Shown one piece after another: positions 1 to 9,393 of a stretch of 64,000 nucleotides of DNA. Made by a program: the position numbers and the translations under genes. The stretch lies in assembly GCA_900766495.1 (NCBI GenBank), contig CAAFVM010000012.1, positions 9,407-73,406 of the forward strand, read 5' to 3'. The stretch's first letter is position 1, and the number at the start of each line of letters is the position of its first letter. Below the pieces are notes generated by a model. It worked only from the letters and a program-made list of their open reading frames with translations, was not told where the DNA came from and ran no database searches. The DNA is from Clostridia bacterium. GTDB lineage: Bacteria; Bacillota; Clostridia; Christensenellales; Borkfalkiaceae.

Positions 1-950
1 AGGGATACAGAAAAATCGCGGTGGTTTACACGTCGGCATTGCCGCAAAAATTCGTAAATAAAATTTTTGCCTGCCTTTCGGGGCGCGATTTTTATTCTTT
101 TCGCGAAGAAGAGCGTTTTGCGGCAAAAACTCTTGAACGTGCAAAACTTATTTCCGATTTTCTATCGCTGAACGGCTTTAACCGTTCAGACATAATAATC
201 GCAGTGGGCGGCGGCACGATTTGCGACCTTGCAGGGTTTGTTGCAAGCGTGTATATGCGCGGGCTTGCGCACGTAACCGTTCCCACCACAATGCTTTGCG
301 CCTGCGACGCCTGCATAGGCGGAAAAACCGCTATCGACGCGGGCAATATTAAAAACGGTTGGGGCGCGTTTCATCAACCGGTAGCGGCTGTAGTCGATAC
401 CGACATAATTGCCGAGCTGCCCGATAAAATTTTTTGCGGCGGGCTTTCGGAAGTTGTAAAATACGCCGCAATCGCCCCTGAATTTTTTAATTATTTAAAC
501 AATATGCAGTCGCCCGACGCGCTTCAAAACGACTTGGAAAGCCTTATTTTTAATTGCCTTAACATAAAAGCCAAAGTAATAGGCGACGACATAGAAGACA
601 AAGCGGGCAGGCGCGCTTTAAACCTCGGGCATACTGTGGCGCACGCAATCGAGGTGCAAAGCGGCTATAAGGTTCCGCACTCGGTTTCGGTTGCGCAGGG
701 CGTTTTTGCCGAAAGCGCAATGTCGTTTATTACGCGCAGAATAAGCGAAAAAAAGTTTTTTGCCATTTACGGTATGCTGTTGAAATTCACTCCGGATTTT
801 TCGCCTTACACCCGCGCGCAAAGTCTTATTCCTTATATGCGCGCAGATAAAAAGAACGGCTTTTCCGGCGTTACTTTCGCTTTGCCAACCGAAAATTCGG
901 TTGAAATTTGCCGTTTTACCGAAGACGAGCTTAAAGTTTTATTGCGCTGA
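1..950 (+). CDS. aroB: 3-dehydroquinate synthase, N-terminus cut by the window edge
   Basis: Carries the AroB signatures VGGGTICDLAGFVAS, VPTTMLCACDACIGGKTAI and LNLGHTVAHAIE. The frame stays open to position 3. The GGG motif lies only about 63 aa into the listed ORF, versus about 100 aa in full-length AroB, so the gene continues upstream of the window. Confidence 0.85.
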   Translation, partial: GYRKIAVVYTSALPQKFVNKIFACLSGRDFYSFREEERFAAKTLERAKLISDFLSLNGFNRSDIIIAVGGGTICDLAGFVASVYMRGLAHVTVPTTMLCACDACIGGKTAIDAGNIKNGWGAFHQPVAAVVDTDIIAELPDKIFCGGLSEVVKYAAIAPEFFNYLNNMQSPDALQNDLESLIFNCLNIKAKVIGDDIEDKAGRRALNLGHTVAHAIEVQSGYKVPHSVSVAQGVFAESAMSFITRRISEKKFFAIYGMLLKFTPDFSPYTRAQSLIPYMRADKKNGFSGVTFALPTENSVEICRFTEDELKVLLR

Positions 951-1058
951 ACAAGCTAAAAACCGATTAAAAACGTTTAAAATGTCATAACTTCTAATAA
1001 TGATACGTAACTTTCGCCGATATTTTTTTGCTCGGCGGAAGTTTTTTTATAAAATAAG

Positions 1059-1087
1059 TTGACATAATCGCGTTTTTATTATATTAT
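1059..1087 (+). promoter_or_regulatory. sigma-A type promoter of the GntR-ABC operon
   Basis: TTGACA at 1059-1064, a 17-nt spacer, then TATTAT at 1082-1087. It lies about 50 nt upstream of the 1138 start codon. Confidence 0.55.
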
Positions 1088-1107
1088 TGTATTAGTGTAG
1101 TAATACA
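1088..1107 (+). promoter_or_regulatory. Inverted-repeat operator, probable autoregulatory site of the YtrA-type GntR regulator
   Basis: Perfect 7-bp arms TGTATTA (1088-1094) and TAATACA (1101-1107) separated by 6 nt. The site abuts the -10 hexamer. Confidence 0.45.
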
Positions 1108-1137
1108 CAAAATACGTATTGAAAGGAGGCTAAACTA

Positions 1138-1503
1138 ATGGGGCAGGAATTCGCCCTTAATAAACCGATTTACGAGCAGATAAGCGAAATGGTTATATCC
1201 GACGTTTTGCGCGGTAAATATGCCGAGGGCGAGAGGTTGCCGTCGGTAAGGGACGTCGCGATGAAACTGGGCGTCAACCCGAACACGGTGCAACGCGCTT
1301 ATGCCGAGCTTGAACGGCTTAAAGTAACCGAAATTCGTCGCGGCGGAGGCAGTTACGTAGCGCTAAACGCAGAAAAAGCCGCCGAAATCAAGAAAGTTTT
1401 GGCTGAGGAAAAGGTAAGAATCTTCTTTGCCGAAATGGCTAAAATAGGCTATTCAAAAGAAGAAAGCGTTGAATATTTTAAGGAGATGAAATTAAGTGAA
1501 TGA
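1138..1503 (+). CDS. GntR family transcriptional regulator, YtrA subfamily (short effector domain)
   Basis: Winged-HTH motif LPSVRDVAMKLGVNPNTVQRAYAELE. Only 121 aa. Followed by ABC genes with overlapping stop and start codons. Confidence 0.85.
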   Translation: MGQEFALNKPIYEQISEMVISDVLRGKYAEGERLPSVRDVAMKLGVNPNTVQRAYAELERLKVTEIRRGGGSYVALNAEKAAEIKKVLAEEKVRIFFAEMAKIGYSKEESVEYFKEMKLSE

Positions 1504-2197
1504 AATTTTAAAGGTTGACGGGGTAAAGAAAAACTACCGTCAGGTCGCCGCGCTGAAAGGCGTAGATTTTACGGTGGGCGCGGGGCGCATAGTGGGGCTT
1601 TTAGGTCCTAACGGCAGCGGCAAAACCACTCTTATTAAAATTATAGCGGGGCTTTTGCAAGCCGACGGCGGCAGCGTTACGGTTTGCGGCGAGCCTATAG
1701 GTGTAAACAGCAAAAAAATGGTTGCCTATCTGCCCGACAAAAGTTTTTTAAGCGAATGGATGACTGTTGAAAAAATGCTTGGTTATACCGCGGATTTTTT
1801 TGAAGATTTCGACCGTTCTCGTGCGGAAAATATGATAGAGGCTTTGCAAATTCCGTTTAAAGCGCAAATAAAACAGCTTTCTAAAGGCACTAAAGAAAAG
1901 CTTTCGCTTGCAATAACAATGAGCCGCCGCGCAAAATTATATGTGCTTGACGAACCGATTGCGGGAGTAGACCCCGCCGCGCGCGACTACGTGATACAAA
2001 CCATACTTGCGAACTATTCGCCCGAATCGTCGGTGCTTATTTCAACCCATTTAATTGCCGACGTCGAGCCTGTTTTATCCGACGTGTTGTTCATAAATAA
2101 AGGCGAAATAACGCTGAAAAGCACTGTGGACGCCATTCGCGACGAAGAGGGCAGGAGCGTTGACTCGCTGTTCAGGGAGGTGTTCAGATGTTATTAA
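1496..2197 (+). CDS. ABC transporter ATP-binding protein
   Basis: Walker A GPNGSGKTT, signature LSKGTKEKL and Walker B LYVLDEP. GTG start with AGGAG located 10 nt upstream. Confidence 0.9.
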   Translation: MNEILKVDGVKKNYRQVAALKGVDFTVGAGRIVGLLGPNGSGKTTLIKIIAGLLQADGGSVTVCGEPIGVNSKKMVAYLPDKSFLSEWMTVEKMLGYTADFFEDFDRSRAENMIEALQIPFKAQIKQLSKGTKEKLSLAITMSRRAKLYVLDEPIAGVDPAARDYVIQTILANYSPESSVLISTHLIADVEPVLSDVLFINKGEITLKSTVDAIRDEEGRSVDSLFREVFRCY

Positions 2198-3024
2198 AAC
2201 GACTTTACAAATACGAGTTCAAGGCGCTTTTGCGGTACTTGTTGCCTGTGTGGATAGCCGTGCTTGCGCTTGCCTGCGTAAATAAGATTTCGCTTGAACT
2301 TATAACTAACAATCTGGCGGCGAAAATAGAAGAAAATTACAGGCTTTCAACCACGCTTTTGGTGCTTGCGAACACGATTAACGCGTTGTTCTATGTGGGA
2401 ATTTACGCCTCTGCGATAATCTGTTTTGCTATAATAGCCGTGCGTTTTTATAAAAACCTGTATTCATCCGAGGGCTATTTCACAATGACGATGCCGTTTA
2501 CCGCGGGCAATCACTTGTGGTGTAAGCTTGTGTGCGCGTTCGTAATGTGTTTGGCTACCGGTTGCGTGGCGTTCCTCGCACTGGTCATTGTTTCCATCAA
2601 CAACGAGGCGCTTCCTGCGGTAATCGAATCGCTTCAAACCGCGTTTAAAAACTTATCGCGTTCGGAATATTTAGGTCACGCAATCGCCTTCGGTATAGAA
2701 GTTCCTGTTTTATTGATTATTTCGCTGGCGAGCGGGTTGCTTATGGCTTACGCTTCCGTATCGTTGGGTCAGCGATGTAAGAATCGCGTAGGTTCGGCTG
2801 TGGGAATTTATTTAGGATTTTCGGCGGCTAACAGCATTTTGTTAAGCATAATTTATTCTGTTCTTGCCGTGTTCATGGTGGCAGGAAACAATAACTCCGA
2901 AGCGTATTCGCTTATGATGGCGCATGTGCTTATATGGGTTGGAATTGTTTATGCGGTCGGCGTTTCCGCGGCATACTTCGTAATTTCATACCGAGCGCTT
3001 AAATACAACTACAATTTGGAGTAA
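2188..3024 (+). CDS. Multi-pass membrane protein, putative permease partner of the YtrA-type ABC system
   Basis: Several hydrophobic segments. Translationally coupled to the ATPase gene by a 10-nt overlap. No specific family recognised. Confidence 0.6.
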   Translation: MLLKRLYKYEFKALLRYLLPVWIAVLALACVNKISLELITNNLAAKIEENYRLSTTLLVLANTINALFYVGIYASAIICFAIIAVRFYKNLYSSEGYFTMTMPFTAGNHLWCKLVCAFVMCLATGCVAFLALVIVSINNEALPAVIESLQTAFKNLSRSEYLGHAIAFGIEVPVLLIISLASGLLMAYASVSLGQRCKNRVGSAVGIYLGFSAANSILLSIIYSVLAVFMVAGNNNSEAYSLMMAHVLIWVGIVYAVGVSAAYFVISYRALKYNYNLE

Positions 3025-3061
3025 CTAATATATAATAAAAACTAATTAAATAAATAAAAAA

Positions 3062-3091
3062 ACGGGTCGGCGCAGATTTGCGTCGACCCGT
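3062..3091. terminator. Bidirectional intrinsic terminator between convergent genes
   Basis: Hairpin ACGGGTCGGCGC-agattt-GCGTCGACCCGT, flanked by an A-rich and a T-rich tract. Confidence 0.7.
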
Positions 3092-3125
3092 AATTTATAA
3101 GTGAAATATTAAATTTTGATTTTTA

Positions 3126-6100
3126 TTACTGCGCATTGTCGTCGCCGTTTTCGTTTGTAGTTTCGGCTTCTGCGTTTTCATCGGCAGGGGCTTCAACGTT
3201 TTCTGCGTTTTCTGCGTTTTCAACGGTTTCGGCAGCTTGTTCTTCGGTTTTGTTTTCCTCTTCGTTTGCTATATTGTTTTCAATATTGTCGTAATCGTAA
3301 GGTTTAACTTCTTCGGGTTGCGAATCCTTTTTGTCTTCAAGTTGAGCCTGGAGTTTTTCGCGGCTGTCGCGGTTGTAATATTCTTTGGTAGCTTGTTTGC
3401 CTGCTCTCGCTTTCTTAACAAGCATACGGATAAGAACCGCAACGAGCAGGAGAATAAGAACTACTGCGATAATAATCGAGGAAAGTTGCAGCGCCCAGCT
3501 GAAATCGGAAGAAGCGCCCGAGGACGAACTGCTCGAAGAAGAGGAGGAATCGCCGCTCGTGGTGTTGTCGATTTCGCGAACCGCGTCGATGGTTTCGTAA
3601 GAAGCTACAATCGCTTTGGTCTTGGTGTAAACGCTGAATACGGTGGTTTCTTTATATGTTCTGTAATTTACAACCTGCTTGCCGTCTTCGGTGGAAAGAA
3701 TTTTAGTGGGGAAGCGGGTGTAAGTTTTAACCGAAGCTTCGTTTACTACGTCGCCGTAATAGGTTTTAAGTTCTTCGTTTTCAAACGTTTCGGCGGTTAC
3801 CGAAGACTGTTCGAGGTTGTCGAACAATACCAAACCGCTTGCGGTGGCACTGTCGCGCGCGCCGTTCCAAAGTTCGGGTCGCAAAGTGATGGATTCGTTA
3901 CCCGTGGTAACAACGAACATAACGGTGAACCAACCGTCGTCTACAATATCGACCTTGTTGCAATCGGCTGCGGTTACGGTGGTAGCAAGTTTTTCGTTTA
4001 CCTTGTATTCGTTGGTTTCTTCATAGCTGCCGTCGGAGTTCTTAACGAAGTTTTTACCCGCTACGGTAAGAACGGGGAACCCGTCGAGCGCGTCGGATTT
4101 AGCAAGATATACGGTGGCTTTCGCATTGCCCACGACTTTAACTTTAACCTTAATAAGGGTAGTGGAATTAGCCGAGATTGTAATGTCGCTTCCGAAATAT
4201 CCGTAAGACGAACCGTTCGATTTAATTACGAGAGGTTGCAGATATTTGTTTTCGCCAAGCTTGCCAAGGCTTTCGATAGCCGTTTTTTCGTCGGCGGTAA
4301 GGAAAGTGTAAGCATCGGTCGAGGTGAAGTTCTTGGTATTGATAACGCCCGCGGTAACGCCTTCTTTAGAACCTACGGTAATGCCGTTGTCGGCGTCGTA
4401 GTAAATGCCCTTATAGCCGTTAACCGAAACAGCCGCGTCTTTTTCGATGAGGTTAGCGGAAGAAGCGTTGTAACCGAAATAGTAAGAATCGTCGCTTTCG
4501 TCGGTCTTGCCGCCATTTGGCATATCAGCGGTGAGGCTTACTTTAACTGCGTTCGAGGTGGTGCTTGCAATCGAGTAATCGTCCTCGGTAAGCTCGCAAA
4601 TTTCCGCATCGGTAACGAGGAAATAACCTACAGCCATCTTCCATTCGTCGTCGCTCTCGTCGCCGAAAGTGAACTTAACGCTGAATTTTCTGGTTTTATC
4701 GGAGTTAGAAACGGTGTTTGAAACATAAACGGTGTATTGAGTCCAGCCGTTGAACGTTTCAACCTTGTCGGTATTGAGGTTACTTGCAAGCGAACTGCTC
4801 TTGGGCGATTGCGCGTCGCCCTCGCCGAGGTCCTTAACCTCTATGGTCAAGCCGGGGCGGGAAGCCTTATCGAGGTGCGATTTAACCCAGAACGAAACTT
4901 TCTTATAGCTCTTATAAGGAACTTCGAAAGCTTGGGTTTCGCATTCGTATTTGCCCGCTTTGGTGAGTTTCGCATAGAAAGTGTCGCTTGTGAAATCGTC
5001 GCCGTAAGGAGCTTTAAGGTCGGAACCTATAACGGTTTTAATGTCGGAAGCGGAAGCTACGCCGGCAACGCCGAGGGTAGAATCGATAGCTCCGTCGTAA
5101 CCGCTAAACATATCGCCGAACGCTTCGTTGGTTCTGTAATGCGAGAGGGAATAAACAACCTCGTCGAATTTTTTACCGCTTTCGGCGTCGTTTGTTGCGG
5201 TGTAGTCGTTTAAAGCTACGGTTTTAAGGCCGTCGGCGGGAACTTTCGAATAGGTTTTATCGGAGTTCTGCTCGTAAAGATTGAACTTGTTTTCAACGGC
5301 GGTTGCGTTTACGCCGGCAATGTAATCGGCGTATTCGATTTTTTCGAAATTAACGTCGTCGAAAAACGCGTGGCCTTCAACGTATTCTTCGCGCAGTTCT
5401 CTGTTGCCGAAGCCCAAGCCGAGGGTTACCTTGAACGAGGATGTGGCAAAGTCGGACGAGCGGAGGTAAATAGTATATTTAACCCACTGGCTTACGCCGT
5501 TCTTTTCGGTGTTGATGCCTTTGATTACGAACGGGTCGCACGAGGAAGAAACGGTGTTCTGAATCGCGATGTAAGCGCCTACGCCGGTCTGGTTATAACG
5601 GAAACGCAGGTTTTTGGTTTTAACCCAAACCGAAAGACGGGCGTATTCGTTTTTACCAAGGCTCAACGACGAGGTCGACGTGAATTTCTGGGCGGTGCCG
5701 GTGAATTCATCGGGTGTGTCGTCTTTGGCGGTTATGTTCGAAATCATAAGAACTTTGCTGCCTTTCATGGGCAGCTTGTCCTCGTTGGAATTCTTCGTCT
5801 CTTTATCGAAAACGAAATATTCCGATTCCTCTTTAATGTTATAATCGTAAAGAGTGCCGGGGTTGTAATAGTTTTCGCCGTCTTTGGGAAGCTTGGCTTT
5901 TTTAGCGGCTTCTTCGTATTTGTCGGCTTCGGCTTTCGTGTCGATAATTCCCGAGTTGCCGTCGGAGCTTATAGCAGACGACGAATTTTTCGAATCCCTC
6001 GAAAGCGACCAGCTTATCGAAGAAGATACGGGGAACTTGGTATCGGTGGCAAAGGTCGAAAACTCGAAATCGCCGTTAGACACCAACTGGGTATCGGTGG

Positions 6101-6245
6101 GATTCACGACCGTTTCTTCCGCGCTCGAAGAGGAGGAAGAAGACTGATTGTTACACGCGGCGGAAAACGCCAGCGTGAAGCACAGCAGTACGGAGAGAAC
6201 GAAAACCGAAAAAGTTTTAAAGTTGAACTTGGTTGCTGTTTTCAT
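3126..6245 (-). CDS. Large cell-surface protein with three CBM4/9-like beta-sandwich modules, an N-terminal lipoprotein signal, a C-terminal TM helix and an acidic tail
   Basis: Signal peptide with lipobox LAFSAAC followed by a poly-Ser linker. The NGDFEFS start and the FFDDVNFEKIE and LVLFDNLEQS ends are typical of CBM4/9-type modules. Near the C-terminus there is a poly-Ser run, the TM segment IIIAVVLILLLVAVLIRMLV, and a KKARAGK stop-transfer. Confidence 0.6.
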   Translation of the reverse strand: MKTATKFNFKTFSVFVLSVLLCFTLAFSAACNNQSSSSSSSAEETVVNPTDTQLVSNGDFEFSTFATDTKFPVSSSISWSLSRDSKNSSSAISSDGNSGIIDTKAEADKYEEAAKKAKLPKDGENYYNPGTLYDYNIKEESEYFVFDKETKNSNEDKLPMKGSKVLMISNITAKDDTPDEFTGTAQKFTSTSSLSLGKNEYARLSVWVKTKNLRFRYNQTGVGAYIAIQNTVSSSCDPFVIKGINTEKNGVSQWVKYTIYLRSSDFATSSFKVTLGLGFGNRELREEYVEGHAFFDDVNFEKIEYADYIAGVNATAVENKFNLYEQNSDKTYSKVPADGLKTVALNDYTATNDAESGKKFDEVVYSLSHYRTNEAFGDMFSGYDGAIDSTLGVAGVASASDIKTVIGSDLKAPYGDDFTSDTFYAKLTKAGKYECETQAFEVPYKSYKKVSFWVKSHLDKASRPGLTIEVKDLGEGDAQSPKSSSLASNLNTDKVETFNGWTQYTVYVSNTVSNSDKTRKFSVKFTFGDESDDEWKMAVGYFLVTDAEICELTEDDYSIASTTSNAVKVSLTADMPNGGKTDESDDSYYFGYNASSANLIEKDAAVSVNGYKGIYYDADNGITVGSKEGVTAGVINTKNFTSTDAYTFLTADEKTAIESLGKLGENKYLQPLVIKSNGSSYGYFGSDITISANSTTLIKVKVKVVGNAKATVYLAKSDALDGFPVLTVAGKNFVKNSDGSYEETNEYKVNEKLATTVTAADCNKVDIVDDGWFTVMFVVTTGNESITLRPELWNGARDSATASGLVLFDNLEQSSVTAETFENEELKTYYGDVVNEASVKTYTRFPTKILSTEDGKQVVNYRTYKETTVFSVYTKTKAIVASYETIDAVREIDNTTSGDSSSSSSSSSSGASSDFSWALQLSSIIIAVVLILLLVAVLIRMLVKKARAGKQATKEYYNRDSREKLQAQLEDKKDSQPEEVKPYDYDNIENNIANEEENKTEEQAAETVENAENAENVEAPADENAEAETTNENGDDNAQ

Positions 6246-6466
6246 ATTTCACCTTTTTTGAGATTTGTGTAACAGTTTTGCACTTTAAACATTATACAAT
6301 AATCGCAAGAATATTGCAATATTTTTTAACTCGTTTTGGTATTTTTAGGCGCGCGCGCGCGTACTTTTTTATTTATATAAAGGGTTCCGCGCAGTTTTTG
6401 CTTGTCAAGTTGCTTTTTTATAAGTTTTCGGCATATAATCTGCGTTTTTTTGCGCAAACTTTTTTT

Positions 6467-6871
6467 ATGGAAAAAATTAAAAATTCGGCTGCTTTCGGCG
6501 AAGCTAACCCTAAAAAAGGCAAAAAATTCGTTTTAAAACTTATTGTGGGCGCGGTTTGCGGCGCGGTAAACGGCTTTTTCGGGGGCGGCGGCGGAATGCT
6601 CGTGGTGCCTATGCTCGCGGGAATTTTGGACTACGAACAGAAAAAAGCGCAGGCTTCGTGCATTGCGGTTATTCTGCCCGTGTCGATTGCGAGCGGCGCC
6701 GTTTACGCGTTTACCAAAGACATTCCGTGGGTTAGTTTTATACCCGCTTGCATAGGCGTGGCGGCGGGCGGCGCAATAGGCGCCTGGCTTTTGAAAAAAA
6801 TAAAATCGAAAGCTTTGGGGTATGCGTTTTGCGCGGTTATGGTTGCGGCGGGACTTAAAACTTTGTTTTGA
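6467..6871 (+). CDS. Half-size TSUP (TauE/SafE, DUF81) family membrane protein, N-terminal-type half
   Basis: An internal ATG at 6467 gives MEKIKN...GFFGGGGGMLVVPML, the typical TSUP start motif. The listed 78-aa upstream extension is AT-rich promoter sequence. Confidence 0.7.
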   Translation: MEKIKNSAAFGEANPKKGKKFVLKLIVGAVCGAVNGFFGGGGGMLVVPMLAGILDYEQKKAQASCIAVILPVSIASGAVYAFTKDIPWVSFIPACIGVAAGGAIGAWLLKKIKSKALGYAFCAVMVAAGLKTLF

Positions 6872-6971
6872 TTTTTTTAGCTATTTTAACGCCGAATATA
6901 TCGTTAATCGCCTTATAGCGCGGTTTTATTTGTTTATTTTTTTTAATTCACCGCGCATTTTTGTTTTACAT

Positions 6972-7361
6972 ATGTTGTTCGTTTATTTGTTTTTATGCGG
7001 AGTTGCCGCGGGCGTTCTGGGCGGAATGGGAATGGGCGGAGGCACCATACTCATACCCATGCTTACCGTGTTTTTTAAAATGAGCCAGACAGCCGCGCAG
7101 GGTATAAATTTATTAAGTTTCATTCCTATGGCGGCGGTAGCTCTTGCCATTCACATAAAAAATAAAATGCTCGACGTAAAAGACCTTTTGCCCGTAGCTT
7201 TGCCCGCCGTTGCGTTTTCGCTTGCGGGTAGTTTTTTGTTAAAATTCGTAGACGGCGATATTCAGAAAAAGGCGTTCGGCGTGTTTTTACTGCTGCTTGC
7301 CGTAGTGCAGTTTTTTATTGTGAAAAAAAGCGACGAGCCTAAAAACGACGGCAAAGCTTAA
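6972..7361 (+). CDS. Half-size TSUP (TauE/SafE, DUF81) family membrane protein, second half
   Basis: An ATG at 6972 gives MLFVYLFLCGVAAGVLGGMGMGGGTILIPML, a second copy of the G-rich TSUP motif. About 4 TM segments. Confidence 0.7.
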   Translation: MLFVYLFLCGVAAGVLGGMGMGGGTILIPMLTVFFKMSQTAAQGINLLSFIPMAAVALAIHIKNKMLDVKDLLPVALPAVAFSLAGSFLLKFVDGDIQKKAFGVFLLLLAVVQFFIVKKSDEPKNDGKA

Positions 7362-7765
7362 AAACTTTATTGCCTATGCGAAATTTGTCGAAAAATAAGA
7401 AAATACATTTTCGTAATAATGTAATATAAAATAATTGTGCAATTTGCTATACGATTTTTTGTTTTTTTTATTTGAAAATTTTGTGATATAAATAAAATTT
7501 GCAGATAAATAAAGAGTTTTTTTGACTTTTATAAAAAGAAAATCGTCGAAAAAGTAGGTTAAAAAAAATTCGTTCGAAAAAGTTGCACAAAAATTTAAAA
7601 ACCCCTTTAAATTTAAAACGATTTATGATACAATATAGCCGTGAATTCCGCAGGGCGTTTTTAGCGCGCCGCTTACATTAATTCGATTAATGTTTTGCTT
7701 GTGAAAATTATGGTGGAATCGTAATAAAAAATCGGTAATATTACTTGAAATAAAGAGGTATAGAA

Positions 7766-9280
7766 GTGGAAAAAATAGGCATTATCGACCTTGGTTCGAA
7801 CACTGCGAGGCTGGTTATCGTTCAGATGCTCGGCGACGGACATTTTTTCGTAGTGGACCAGTTGAAGGAAAGCGTACGTTTAGGCAAAGATATGGAGCGC
7901 GACGGATTTTTGAAGGTATCGCGCATTCAGGAAACGCTTAAAACTTTGAAAATGTTCCGCCGTCTTTGCGACGCACACGGAATCGACAGAATAATCGCCG
8001 TTGCAACGGCAGCGGTTCGCCGCGCTAAAAATCAGCGCAGTTTTCTTGACGAAGTTGCCACTACGTGCGGCATAAAACTTAAAGTTTTGTCTGCCGAAGA
8101 GGAAGCCCTTTACGTGTATCGCGGCGTAATTAACACTATGGACGTGCCCAAGGGCGTTATTATAGAAATCGGCGGCGGCTCAACCAAAATAGTGTATTAC
8201 AACAGGCGTAACCTTTTACATTACGAAACATTGCCGTTCGGTGCGGTTACCTTGTCTGAATTGTTCTCGGGCGACGGAATGACCCCCGAAGAGCAAACCT
8301 CGAAAATAGAAGAATTTTTCACCGAACAGCTTAAAAAAATCGAATGGCTCGACGAAATCGACCCCGACGCGCAGCTTATCGGCGTGGGCGGTTCGTGCAG
8401 AAGCCTTGCCCGCATAAGCAAGGTTATGAAAAAAAGCCAGTATTCGCTGGTTCATAACTACCGCATTCCCGTTGACGATTTCAACACCATTTACAACACG
8501 CTCCGCGTGCTCGACCTCGATAAGAAAAAGCGCATAAAGGGCATATCCAACGCCCGTGCCGACATATTGCCCGGCGCGCTCGCGGCTCTCGGTTCGCTTG
8601 TAAAATATAAGAATTTCAGCGAAATTATCATTTCGGGTTGCGGTTTAAGGGAAGGCATTATGTTTAATTACGCAATGCCCGTTACCATCGATAAACCCAT
8701 AAACGACGTGCTTACTTACAGCCTTAAAACGCTTAACAAATATTACGGTTGCAACGAAAAACACGTAGACCAGGTGCTTAATTTGTCGGTTCAGCTGTTT
8801 AAACAGTTAAGGGTTTTGCATAAATTCCCCCGTCAGTATCTGCGCATTTTAAAAATCGCGGCTTACCTGCACGACGCAGGCACATGCATCAGATATTACG
8901 ACTATCAGAAACACAGCAGTTACATCATTATGAACGCGGCTATTTACGGCGTTTCGCACAGGGAAATAGTGCTTGCCGCGCTTGTGGTTTCGGTTCATAA
9001 AAACGACGATTTCTCTATTTCAGACCTTGTAAAATATAAAGAATTTATCGACGAATCGGACGTTGAGGTTATAAGAAAACTCGGAATTATTCTCCGCATT
9101 GCCGAAAGTTTAGACAGAAGCATGGCGGGCTGCGTAATCGGGCTTAACTGCGACGTTTTGGGCGATTCGGTTATTATGAAAACCGAACTCGCGTCCGACG
9201 CGACCCTCGAAATTAAAGACGCTATGAACGCCGCCGTCGATTTCAGAAGAATTTTCAAAAAGAATTTGGATATTCTGTAA
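7766..9280 (+). CDS. ppx: Ppx/GppA family exopolyphosphatase with a C-terminal HD-type domain
   Basis: N-terminal IGIIDLGSNTARLVI (ASKHA phosphate-1 motif), IEIGGGSTK and GVGGSCRSLA. The C-terminal region contains AAYLHDAG. GTG start preceded by AAGAGG. Confidence 0.85.
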   Translation: MEKIGIIDLGSNTARLVIVQMLGDGHFFVVDQLKESVRLGKDMERDGFLKVSRIQETLKTLKMFRRLCDAHGIDRIIAVATAAVRRAKNQRSFLDEVATTCGIKLKVLSAEEEALYVYRGVINTMDVPKGVIIEIGGGSTKIVYYNRRNLLHYETLPFGAVTLSELFSGDGMTPEEQTSKIEEFFTEQLKKIEWLDEIDPDAQLIGVGGSCRSLARISKVMKKSQYSLVHNYRIPVDDFNTIYNTLRVLDLDKKKRIKGISNARADILPGALAALGSLVKYKNFSEIIISGCGLREGIMFNYAMPVTIDKPINDVLTYSLKTLNKYYGCNEKHVDQVLNLSVQLFKQLRVLHKFPRQYLRILKIAAYLHDAGTCIRYYDYQKHSSYIIMNAAIYGVSHREIVLAALVVSVHKNDDFSISDLVKYKEFIDESDVEVIRKLGIILRIAESLDRSMAGCVIGLNCDVLGDSVIMKTELASDATLEIKDAMNAAVDFRRIFKKNLDIL

Positions 9281-9393
9281 TTTTTGCAAAGTTGTTTTAA
9301 ACGAATATGCCGCCGCGGCTGAATATGCGACAGCTCGGCGCGCTTAAATAAAAAATTTAATATATGAATTAAAAAGGGTATTTGCTCATATAT

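Noticed and set aside
6233-6466. N-terminal extensions in the ORF track: 6233-6466, 6822-6971, 14171-14278, 36430-36570, 48852-48923 and 21220-21237.
   Set aside because: The extensions run through AT-rich promoter-like sequence or overlap the preceding gene. They lack RBSs and give low-complexity or implausible peptides. Internal starts with good RBSs or family-typical N-termini were preferred. The lon alternative at 48852 remains possible.
7362-7765. A 400-nt AT-rich gap before ppx. Scanned for a small gene or a non-coding RNA.
   Set aside because: Only promoter-like elements were found (an extended -10, TGATACAAT, near 7627) together with an unremarkable leader. There is no ORF with an RBS and no recognisable RNA family.
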